Of a DNA stretch of 64,000 bases, positions 13,635 to 24,672 are shown piece by piece; within the stretch, counting starts at the first letter, position 1, and the number at the start of each line of letters is the position of its first letter. Location of the stretch: the NCBI GenBank assembly GCA_026914245.1, contig CP110439.1, forward strand, positions 7,750,001-7,814,000, in the 5' to 3' direction. A model generated the notes under the pieces. It was not told the DNA's origin, made no database searches, and worked only from the letters and a program-made list of their open reading frames with translations. Source of the DNA: Puccinia triticina. Lineage: Eukaryota. The position numbers and the translations under genes were made by a program.

Positions 13635-14229
13635 ATGTTTGTCAAGTATTTGGCCTCCTTCAAATTCATTGTTGTTTGGGCAGCCCTTGATGGAAAACCA
13701 CTTGCCAAAATCAACGTGGCAAATGGATCTGAGGTTAGTTCTGATTTCCTCCAACGGTGGTGTGTTCTATACAAAAAGACTTATTTGGTTGTCGTCAATC
13801 CAGAAACATACAAAAGAAGGGGGAGCCCTTTGGCTCTCAGTGAAGAAGAACAATTGTTTCTCTCGGAGCTAGTCATCAACAATCCAACAATCTACCTACA
13901 AGAAATTCAGCAGGCATTATCCACCAAATGTAACCTCCAAATCTCAGTCCAAACCATCTCAAACAAGCTTCATGTACGCCTCCAAATGAGTCAAAAACTA
14001 TGTGTAAGATAAATCCAAATCAAGACTGGAATCAACGAGCCAAGTACCTCCTTTTGATGGCCAACTTTGAGCCTGAATGCCTTGTCTTTACTGGTCAGTT
14101 CTATTTCTTCTCTCTCTGAATTGTTATTTGTAGTAGCTAACACCCTCTCTGAAAGATGAAAGTGGGGTATGTTTGGATACAGTGATCTGCACTTGGGGTT
14201 GGGCTCCAGTGGGTGAGAGGACGTCATGG
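13635..14229 (+). pseudogene. Tc1/mariner (IS630-like) transposase, 5' fragment cut by the LTR of element B
   Basis: HTH-like NPTIYLQEIQ...ISVQTISNKL. After a stop comes CLVFT, an intron (~14094-14156), then DESG...GWAPVGER (first catalytic Asp region). Confidence 0.75.
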
Positions 14230-15091
14230 TGTGGTGATTTAAATAGGTGATCATGGTAGAATGTCCACTCGGGGGATAGCGCGGGCGGGAATGCACAGAT
14301 GCGGCTCAGGCAGAGTGCATTCCGGTGACATAAGCACTGAGGATGATGTCAGAAAAGCACGCTAGGAAAGCTTACAGAAAGTCACACGCGGACCGGAATG
14401 CACGGATCGCGGATTGCGGATCACAGATTTTGGATTGGGTATTTGGATCGGAGCGGAAAAGACAGGGCTGGACTGCGGCGGACTACACATGTGGACTGGT
14501 AGCAGCAGCGCGTCAGCGGGTGAGCCTCAACAGCCAAAGCGGGTTCCACCAGCAGGTGAAACCGGGTTGGAGGCGGTGGCAAGAGACCAACTGGCGGGGG
14601 CTAGACAGAGGACGGTGGGAGGTCAAGCGTTGGAGATGAGCAGAGTCTGGGAGAGTGACAAGCGGAAGAGCGGGTGGAACTGGAGGACTAGTGTGGGATT
14701 GAGTGGGAACGGCAATGTGCGTGGAGGGAAGGACGGGAAAAAGGACTTACGGATTTCTCTTCTCTTTTCCTTATCCTATTATCCTATCATCTTAAGGATT
14801 ACTCATTATTGTACTACAACTTAAGGACATACTAGAGTTATTAGGAGATATATTTGTGACCTTATCTCTACTTTCAGAGCTACTTGCGGATTCTGTGCTT
14901 ACGGAGTGTGGAGATTTATTCACTTGCCGATTATTACACTATAGATCAGGCTCAGAGAGGAGTGCTGAAGGCTAGCGGATAGTAGCAGTGCGGAGCCAAG
15001 TTGCCAACAATCACACAGCCCAGACACTAATATTCTTGAAGAAGGCGGTTAGCGGACATTTTCCACCGACTAACAAGCTTTTATTCTCACA
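14230..15091 (+). repeat. Probable 5' LTR of element B
   Basis: Starts tgtggtg where transposase homology ends and ends ctcaca. A TGG-initiated PBS-like TGGGGGTCTGGACGGG follows 2 nt later (15094-15109, possibly tRNA-Pro). No second copy to confirm it. Confidence 0.6.
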
Positions 15092-15167
15092 ATTGGGGGT
15101 CTGGACGGGAACCCAACTTTGTGTTGTTATCTGATATTTGGGAACTAGATACACGCGGAAACGTTGA

Positions 15168-16737
15168 ATGAACCCTTTGGAAGACAAATTCTTCACTCCA
15201 GGTGACAAAGAATCTCAGATCAGATCAGGTGGTTTGGACAGCGGAGACACGGTAACTGCGGAAAACGGAGAAGGCTCTTCCTCAAGACCAGCCAAAACAC
15301 AATCGTGGTTGGGATCAGCAGGAGGACCAAGACTAGGACAATTATCCTTCTTGTCAGCGCGGAGTCAGTTTTCACCTAATCAGTCAATTGCGGCAAGGAG
15401 GCGACAGCTGTATCAGCGGAGCACTCTGAACGATAGACCGGGGGCGTCAACTGGAGGAATGTTGAGCAGAACTTACGGAGTTCGACCAGAGGAGACCAAA
15501 GACGAGATCATGGACAAAGCACCAGGTGGACCACGACCTGTGGCGCCTGCGCCGAGCGGAGCAAAGATACGGCCAAGGGATTATCCGCACCTCAAGTTTT
15601 CAGAGGCGGAGGTGGAGCGCTTTATCAACTGGTTTCGAGAGAGCAGCACTACAGGAAGGCCTGACGGATGCGGATAAAGCATACCAGGTGGTCAACTTCT
15701 TTCCGGAGGGCAAGGAATTGCGGGAAGTGGAGGACATGAAGGGGTTCGAGAAGAAGGATTGGACCAAGCTCAAGGAGGAGATACTTAAGCGGTGGGAAGA
15801 CCGCGGACCTAGGTATTGGGAGAGCGACCTGGAGAAGGTGGATTTGGAACGGGCAGAAAAAGGCGGTTTTCGGACAAGAGCGGAGTACGTGTCCTACATT
15901 ACCAGCTTCAATCAGGTTCTGTGGTATTTGGAGCGGAACAGGATAGTGACGGCCAACATGGGCACAACCAAGCGGATTTTCTTGAAGGGATTCAATCAAA
16001 CATTCACGGAGAAGGTGCTGCGGGGTTCAATGGTTAAACCGCGACTTGGAGGGCCAAAACTTTTGCCCAGCATGAAGGAGCTATGGTCCGCCGTCAAGGC
16101 GGAACTCAAGGTGTTGGAGCTCATGAACAACAACCAAGGAGATGCAGTTGTGAGGGCAGAACCGGCTCTGCAGGCGCCGGTCATGGTCAAAGATGTGAGT
16201 GACCTGGCGGATACGCTGAAGGAGCTAAAACTGTTCATGCAGAAAGCGGCGCACAAGCAACCAAAGGAGCAACAGGCAGCCGCCCCCGCGGCTCCGCAGG
16301 CTGGCGGGATGCCTCCGTGGAGGCGAGGACCACCGGTGTGCGACTACTGTACGGAAACCGGCCATATGCGGAATCAGTGCGAGTACTTTGAAACAGATCG
16401 GGCGGCGGGAAATGTTTCTTTGTGGGGACACACTTTCTTTTGGCCAGATCGTACGTCAGTGGACGGACCGATTCCAAGGGATGTAGTGCGGGCCGGACAA
16501 CCTTTGGCAAAGGGAAAATTGAACATTGGGATGGTCAAGGGCATGGTGTGGAAACCGCCGGCAGTGGCCAGCAGCATGAAGTGCGTACAGACGGGGGAAG
16601 TCTTCTTGGGGGAGCGCTTGGAAAAGATGGATTTGGATCTCGCTCCCGCGCCTAAATCTAGACCAGAGCCGGCCAAGCAGCTTGCGGTAGCTCCAGTGGC
16701 GGGTGGCAACAAGAAAAAGGCAGCAGAGGTTGCATGA
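15168..16737 (+). pseudogene. Gag of element B, frameshifted near 15635
   Basis: Overlapping ORFs 15168-15677 and 15526-16737; CDYCTETGHMRNQC (CX2CX4HX4C) zinc knuckle. Confidence 0.85.
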
Positions 16738-17302
16738 AGAGCAATGGGCGCGGAAACCACAGTAGCCCTTACCTTGAGGGAGTTGGCGGAAATTTCCCCG
16801 GTGATGGCAGATGAGATGATTAGCGTGCTTAGAGAGGCGTCAGGGGAAAGGAAGCCCACAGCATTGGCCGTCACCACTAATGCAGACACGGCGGAGTTTA
16901 AGTGTGCAGATTTCGGACACTCAATGGATTCACTTCCCATTCTACTGTCTACGGCCGTGTCCTGCCCACTTGGATACATGAGTATGAGGGTAGGAAACAT
17001 CACAAAATGTGCCATGATCGACACGGGGTCCATTATCAATATTCTTCCGGTGGACTTGGCGACAGAGGCCAACTTGGTGTTGCAGAAAACAAACATCAAA
17101 ATCTGCACAATGGGCGGGTTTACTTGCGAAGTAGACGGGATAGCGGAAGCGGAGACCGTGGAAGTAGCAAAAGTGGTGAAAAAGTTGTTGTTCTTGGTAA
17201 CCAGGTCTCATGAAATCATTCTTGGTCAACCGGCTCTTTTTGCCTTCTGAGCGCAACTGTGCTTCTGCCCCGCTAGGCAAGAGGAAGTAATGCGGGTAGA
17301 AG

Positions 17303-17696
17303 CAACGGTGGGTAGTTACGGTATGGTTATTGTAACGGGTTTTCTCTTGTTACCGTTACCGTTAACTGTAACGGAAGTGCGTTACAATATTGCACACCCA
17401 GGATGTTTGGCATTTAACATCCATTACAATATCTGCCCGCACAGAGGGGCAGATATCAGACTGCATATGATCCAGAGGGGGCCATTTGCCCCTCTTTATC
17501 TCGTTAACCAGTGGTTAACGCATTACGCTACTAGTAACGCAAGTAATGCACCAAAAAAATCAGGCCTGTTACAATACGGGCCCGGGGTTACAACTAGTTG
17601 TTACTAGTAGCGATAACACACAAGCACAGTAAAAGCAAGTGTTACGCTACACAGATAACGGCGGTTATTGTAGTGTATTGTAACTACCCACTGCTG
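17303..17696. mobile_element. Non-autonomous TIR element (394 bp) inserted in pol of B
   Basis: TIR CAACGGTGGGTAGTTAC / GTAACTACCCACTGCTG; 7-bp TSD GTAGAAG at 17296-17302 and 17697-17703; GTAAC/GTTAC subterminal repeats. A related copy starts at 59744. Confidence 0.9.
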
Positions 17697-19779
17697 GTAG
17701 AAGGGACGCACAGGAAGCAGTACGAGACAATCATCTGCCAGCCTCAAAGGCCTGATTGGGTGACAGAGGTGGGCAACGGGGCACCACATCACTGTGTGGA
17801 GCCTCCCGCGGAGGATTTTTAGTTGTTGGCCGAGCTATCCGGGCGGAGGAAGCTTTGACTCAGCTCGGACAGTCAACATTTAAGAAGCGGGAGGGTATTG
17901 GAAAAAGGACGGAGAGGCAGGTCAATACCAAAGTGAGCTTTCCATTGGCTGCATCTCTGAGTGTGGAAGGATCAAAGCACTACCACAGCGCCACTGTGGT
18001 GAGCTGCGACTCTGCGACAGGGACAAATGACGAGCAGGAAGCAGGAGTGGACAAGAGCGGGAAAGTTGGTGCGGAAATCGGGAACTGCGCGGCGGAGGCG
18101 AGCAGTGTACAAGTAAGTCCTCCCAAGTATGCACTCCCGAGTCGGTTGTCTACGAAACCCTACCATTGTGCCACGGTCGTGAGCGAGATGAGACGTCCGC
18201 GCAGGGGTTTGATTTTGGCCAGGACAATCGGCAACAACGGAGAAGCAAGAATGGGGCGAGTCAACGGCGGGAGGTACAAGCCGGTGGCAAAGAAAGTGCG
18301 GCCGCGGAATGTGGCAATGCCGTAGGAGCTCAACCCATCGCTGAGGGAGATCAAGTGTAGCCAGGATCCGTTCAAGACACCTTTACATTGGGTTCCGCCA
18401 AGGTTCAAACCAACGCAGCGGATTACGGCTGAGCGTATGGCTAGTCTCAATTTTGGGCCACCGGAATGGCTCCATGAGGAGGAGTTCCACCTGCTGGTGG
18501 AGGCCATTACGCTGCCGGAAAGGGTGTTGTTGTTTGGGCCAGAAGATTGGTGTTTACTCAAACGGTGTATTGGGGATCCTTATCAAATACCCACTGTTCT
18601 GCACAAGCCATGGCAGATACGGCCCATCCCTATAACAGCAGCAATTCACAGAGAGATGACGGAACTTGTGCGGTAACAGTTGCGGACGGGGTTGTATGAG
18701 CAATCATGCTCTAGCTACTCTAGCCCAATCTTTGCGGTAATTAAGCAGGATAAGAAGAGTCTGCGGATTGTGCACAACTTTCAACGGCTTAATTCTGTCA
18801 CTATACGGGACGCTGGGTTACCGCCGCGCATAGAGTAGTTTATTGACACAATGGCGGGGTGGGTTTGCTATGGTCTGATGGACGTTATGGGCGGATATGA
18901 ACAGCGGGAATTGCATACGGAGTCAAGGCCGCTGATGGTGTTCAAGATGCAATTGGGGCACTTGCAGCTTACCTGGCTTCCGCAGGGGGCTACAAACTTG
19001 GTGGCGGTGTGTAAGCTCTCAACAATGAGAGCTTCACTAGGCGAGGGACAAGGGGCAAGGACAAGGTTACGAGGGCACGGGGCATGGAGAAGCTTCTAGA
19101 ACCTCTGTTTGTATTGCAGGGGACAATGGAACTAGCTCGGGGGAAGTCTCAGTACTTCCCTCTATGTACAACTTTTAGGGAAGGAAGAAGGGAAGGGGAA
19201 AAGGGAAGAGAATAAAAAGGGGGAGTTTGATCACCTAGCTTGGGGGAAGTCTCAGTACTAGCTAGGAGGGGCGGGGCGGAGGAGACTAAGTGGGGTGCTT
19301 GGTGTTGGTCCGTGATACTCCTGTGATACTTCCTGTGAGTACGCGGGAGTCGCGGCTCACATACCCCCCACCTATAAAAAATGGCAATGGGGCGAGTGTA
19401 GAGTTTGGTGTTCTGTTGGGAAGTTGTCCGGTTTTTGATATTTGAGCGAGTGGTCTGGCGACCGTTTGAACCAGTGGTTTAGGCCGTGGACGTCGCGACT
19501 GGGTCTGTGGGGAGGTCGTATAATCTTGAGCCATGTGTTTTTTCATGGGTGTATGGTTGTGTTGGGGCCGCTGAACGTTAGTGGAAGCATTGAAACCAAT
19601 CGGATAAATGTTGAAAGAAAGGAAAACAGGGAAATTGAAGGGGGTGTGGGCGGCAATCAGGGGAGCAGGTCGTGGTCTGACAGCGGGAGGGTGGGGCTCT
19701 GTATGTTGGCGGCGGTTAGTCGGACGTGTAGCTATCAGTCTTGGCGTCTTCACTGTAATGATGCGGCCTTGTAAGCCAC

Positions 19780-21651
19780 GTCCCTTATGCAAGAGATGTA
19801 GAGTCTTGGGGGTTTTAGAGGGATCGCAAACATACCCCTCAATAGGACCCAGGACTGAGTTGGAGATAAGCTTGTTGAGTGACTCGTCAAACGCCTCGGA
19901 TGCTTCGAATTTTTGGACCGCGGCGGCCTCAATGTCTTCTGTAATAAATTCTTCATCATCATCATACCCTTGAGTGACAATGTTGTCTAACTCCTGGATG
20001 GCTGCCGTCGTCGTGGTTGTCATGCTGGAGTACAAGTCGCTTGGTTTGTCCAAGACACCAGCTACTCCCGCTGGTTGGGAGGTTGCTCGACCGGCTGTGG
20101 TAGCGGGGCGGGGATCTGGGCCTTTTGCGGAGCTCCATGGCAGTGGGGGAGTATAGTTTGGTGGCTTTGGTGGCGCTATAAACAACGGGGGAAACTCAAC
20201 CTTCCCTTGCGCCCAATTGTTTTGGCACGTCTTGTTCGGCGAGCCACAGTGGCCTCTGCACCAGTGGCAGCGGCCGATTGAGTCCAGGTAAGAGTCAAAC
20301 TTCAGGATGTTGGCTTGTATCTTGTTGGGTAGCCCACCTGTTAGCCATTTGGCAAGACTCAGGTCCAAAATCAGTAGAGGGTTGGAGTTGTAATTTATCA
20401 TACGTTGTAATGTACGGGCCCGCGTCTCGTATTGCGCGAAGGTCTCGGAGGCTTCCATCTTGAGAGACTGAATCTTTTCCTTAAGGCCCTGGCGCCAGCG
20501 TACCGGGAGCGCCGCGTTGAATAAGGTTTCTTTGAATTTGTCCCAGGACTTTTGGAGGAACTTCTTTGCTTTGTTGGAGTAGACCAATAAGAGGTTGGTC
20601 TCCTTGATGAGAGTACTGGTGATCCTGATCTTGTCAGCGGTGGCCATCACCTTCTTGGTGTCAAAGAAGATCTCCAAGCCCTGAATCCACGCTAGGAACG
20701 GTTTGGTTTCTTGGTAAGGGCCTATGTAGGTGGGGCCATTGGATGTGCGGAAACGTTGGAGGTCGATGTGGCCATCTGATGGGTTGGTCGGGCGCGGTGG
20801 GGCTGTTTGGTTGGATGTCGCGCAGATTAGAGCCTCCTGGAACCGAGCAAGTTGCTCCTCATTGGCCCTTGCTTGTTCCTCTGCGGCTTCTTGGGCCAAT
20901 CAAAAGCGATCTGCGTCCGCCTTTGCACGTTCTTTGGCAGCTTCTTGTGCAGCTAGCGCCCTGGCATCCGCGGCTCGCTGCGCGTCGAGATTAGCTTGTT
21001 GGAGTTCCAGCATCGCACCTTGTAGCTGTGCGACAAAGGAGTTGTCCGTCGGGGGACTGGGGCCGGAAGTTGATGCTTGTGAGGTGTCAATCGGTGGCTT
21101 GTTGCCTGCGCCCGGTCTTCCTTTGTGGGACATGGCAGTTGGACGGGGGCCTGGGAAAGCGGTGTTTGGGGGTGTAGTTGGTTTTGGTGGAGGTTGAGGA
21201 GGTGGGGAGAGAGCTGGTAGTGCGGATAATAGCGGGTTAAAAGGTTTTGCCGGCGGTGGGGGCGGTTTAATAGTAGTTGGTTCGACAAGGGACCACACTC
21301 GGATGATCGGAGGGGCGGTGCTGTCGGCCGAAAAGAAGGACATTGTTGGACTGCTCAGGAAGCTGATTGCTTGCAGGAGGTTTAAGGAGGTCGACAAGGA
21401 TGGGGGGCAAGAGTGACTCTCAAGGTATGCGCCAGGGTTTGGATGGCCGTTGTAGCCGGTTGCGAGGTCGAGAGCGAGGTTTGCTGTGAGTTTGCCAATG
21501 TGATGGGCGGTACGTCGATGGGTTGAGATGTCTGACGCTGCTTTTCAGCCGCCGCGGCCGCTCTTTTGGCCTTATTGGCAGCATGTGTCACCGCTTCGGT
21601 GTCTGTCAATAGAAAGAGTTGATCTGCCAAAGTCGTGCATCTAGTGGACAT
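19780..21651 (-). pseudogene. Gag-like ORF of element C (frameshift and stop)
   Basis: ORFs 21382-21651, 20900-21397 and 19286-20899. Motifs IDLQRFRT.NGP, PFLAWIQG and YLDSIGRCHWCRGHCG are shared with D and E. The 3' end is approximate. Confidence 0.75.
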
Positions 21652-21869
21652 GAAGCAATGACAAGGTAGCAGTGGTCAATGCAATAGGCAAGGCGAGGTG
21701 GAGGTTTGAGAAAAAAAAAGTGTAAGCTCTCAACAATGAGAGCTTCACTAGGCGAGGGACGAGGGGCGAGGACGAGGGCGAGGGCACGGGGCACGGAGCA
21801 GCTTCTAGAACCTCTTTTTGTATTGCAGGGGACAATGGAACTAGCTCGGGGGAAGTCTCAGTACTTCCC

Positions 21870-24672
21870 TGTAAGGACTCTGATGAGTCCTTCACTAAGG
21901 TGTCTTTGAAGGGGCACGGGACGGGTATGAAGCCGGAGAGTTCTAGCTCCAACGGATCGGGTGGATTACTAGCGTCAACAGAGAGTCGTCCGGTGATTCT
22001 CTTGTTAGTGTCTATCTACAACTGGTTGAGAAAAAGGGAGACTCTTACCTAGCGTCAACAGAGAGTCGTCCGGTGATTCTCTGCCGAGCTAGGTAAGGGC
22101 GGGGAGCAACTAAGTGTAGGGCGGAGGATGAAGTTGTGAAAGGGGGTGTGATACTCTTGTGAAGTGCGTGCAGGGCGCGGGCTTTACATTCTCCCCTCCT
22201 ATAAGAGGAGAGAAAGAAGGAAAGAAAGAAAAAACAGGAGGGGAACAATTAGATGAAACGGGTCATTGGGAAGGGTGATCTTAGAATGTTCAAGAGTGGG
22301 GCGGGGCGCTTCTGCTGCTCAGATTGAATCTTCAAGACCAAACCTGATCTTGTTTCAGGTGCCTTTGGCTCCCAAGGTCAAAGAGGTAGGCAGCATGTCG
22401 TGGGAGGCGGAGCGGGGGGACATATATTACCAGTCAAGCAGAGAAGGAATACGGGGAAAGGAGAATGCACGGGAATGGTGATGGTGGCAGCCACATGGTT
22501 CTGTACACCAGGTTGGGCGTTGAAGGGTTGGCTTGTGACAATGTCAAGTCGACGTCCTAAATTGCGTACATGACCACGTAAGCAATGTCCAGCGTGAAAC
22601 TGGTGAAGCGAGCGGGCGGGGGGAAGAGAGGGGGGAACCCACTCAGTCTTTTCCACCAGTAAATTTTCAATACAGGGTTCATTGAAGGCGGGGTCCGCGT
22701 GATAATCGCCAGAAGTGGTGGTCGCTGCAAGGCTATGCTCTTCATAGCAGACCGGATTCTCGTTGGTGTTGTTGATGAAATCGGCATCAGATAGGGGGCG
22801 GCACCTGTCTGCCACGATCTTGTCAAGAGTAAGGCCTGCAAGCTCGGTTGATTGAACGACTCCATCAATCTTGGAGTATTGAGCAATAGCGCTTGCGGAC
22901 AGGGCAGGGTATTTGTTGACTTTGTTGGTTAAGGTCGCCACCCCTGCTGGTTGTCCCACGGGTCAACCCGGCGCGGAGGACAGGGGTTTAGGTGGCGCCT
23001 GAAGGCTGGTCCAAGCCCAGGGTGCTGAGTAGTTGGGAGATTTAGGAGGGGTGACAAACGAGTTGGGGATCACAACACGGTTGCAGTTGCATGGTCCTGG
23101 GCACGTCCCTGCTGCGTTTCCGCAGTGTTTCTTGCAAAAGTGGCATTTGCCCACTGTATCCAAGTAGGCATGTATGCGCCAAACAAAATTGGGGTCGCCT
23201 TGATTGTAGGAGGAAGGGGGAGGGGACAAGCCAGGGCGAAAACGGTGTCGTGGGAGGGTTTCGTAAAACAGGCTGCATTGTTGCTCAAAAACGCTGTATT
23301 TGAAATCGGGGGCATCAAGGAGTTGCCACTCCTTGGCCTTAGCCTTGAGGTCTCGAGGCATCCCATAGACCACCAGCTCTGCCAAGTCGTGGTCGGATAG
23401 CGTTATGTTATCAAAATTGAGCATACTTTGTAGCGTGCAAGCTCGGGTGCTGTAAGCAATGAAAGACTTGGTGTCCTTCATTGCAATGTGTTGAATCCTC
23501 TCTTTGATGTTGCTTCTCCAGGACTGCGGGAGGGCGTATTTGAAAAGCCTGGCCTTAAAGGTGGCCCAGGGCTTGCCCATGCAGTTGTTGACCTTGGTGG
23601 CGTAGAAGGCAAGAAGGTTAGTCTCCTTGAGGAGGCTGCCGATGACGTGCAGTTTGTTGTTGTTGTTGGTTATGGCTTGTGTGGTGAAGTGGATCTGGAC
23701 CCCGCGGATCCAGTTCAAAAAGGGCTCCACCTCCTGGAATGGACCCCGGAACTTCGGTCCGTCCGATTTGAACCGTTGCAGGTCAATGCGGTCTGATTTG
23801 GGTTCCGCTACAGCTGCCGAGGGAGAGGGCTCCGTTTTTACGCTTGAGCTGCCGATTAAGACCGATTCCAGCTTATCAAAATGAGAGTCGTTTAGCTTCA
23901 GTGCCGTTTGCAACTGGGTCTGAGTGGTTTTCTGGAGGGCCAACATGGCTGCCATCATCTCCTCGATGACCATGCCGCCTTGATTGTCTCCAGTTTTGGG
24001 ATGTTGGTCGTTGGGGGAAGGCATGGTGGGATGTGCTGGGTTGTTCCACAGGGGGGTGTCAAGTTGGGCTTGTCTGCGGCGTTCTGTGTTAGCGGAACGG
24101 ATAATTGCTTCGGGATCTGATATCGGTACGAGAGGGTCTTTATCCGACTGCCTTGTTGTCATGGAACGGCAACAAGTGAGGCGTGGGTGGGACGGGGCAA
24201 GACAAAACGGAACGTAGTGGAACGGGGCGGGACTGGGCGGGACCGGGAGGGACGGGGCAGTAAGTTTCTCGTTTGGTCGTTACTTGTTGAGGAGCGGAAC
24301 GGTATGGGAAGAAGAGAAAAGAAAAAAAATGTTGTTGGAGTAGAAAAAAAAAGTGTAAGGACTCTGATGAGTCCTTCACTAAGGTGTCTTTGAAGGGGCA
24401 CGGGAAGGGCACAAAGCCAGAGAGTTCTAGCTCCAACGGATCGGGTGGATTACTAGCGTCAACAGAGAGTTGTCCGGTGATTCTCTTGTTAGTGTCTATC
24501 TACAACTGGTTGAGAAAAAGGGAGACTCTTACCTAGCGTCAACAGAGAGTTGTCCGGTGATTCTCTGCCAAGCTAGGTAAGGGCGGGGAGCAACTAAGTG
24601 TAGGGAAGAGGATGAGGTAGTGAAAGGGGGTGTGATACTCTTGTGAAGTGCGTGCAGGGCAAGGGCTTTACA
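21870..24672 (-). mobile_element. Gag-only LTR element D, inserted in the 5' LTR of C
   Basis: 319-bp LTRs 21870-22188 and 24354-24672. TSD TTCCC at 21865-21869 and 24673-24677. PPT aggaggggagaa on the minus strand. Confidence 0.95.
22378..24162 (-). pseudogene. Gag-like ORF of element D with one in-frame TGA
   Basis: The 399-aa ORF continues in frame after TGA (22965-22963), at a position where C and E have Arg. Contains YLDTVGKCHFCKKHCGNAAGTC. Confidence 0.8.

Noticed and set aside
14170..14229. LTR of element B starting at tgtttggatac (14170)
   Set aside because: Transposase-like coding (DESGVCLD...GWAPVGER) continues to 14229, so the LTR more plausibly starts at 14230.
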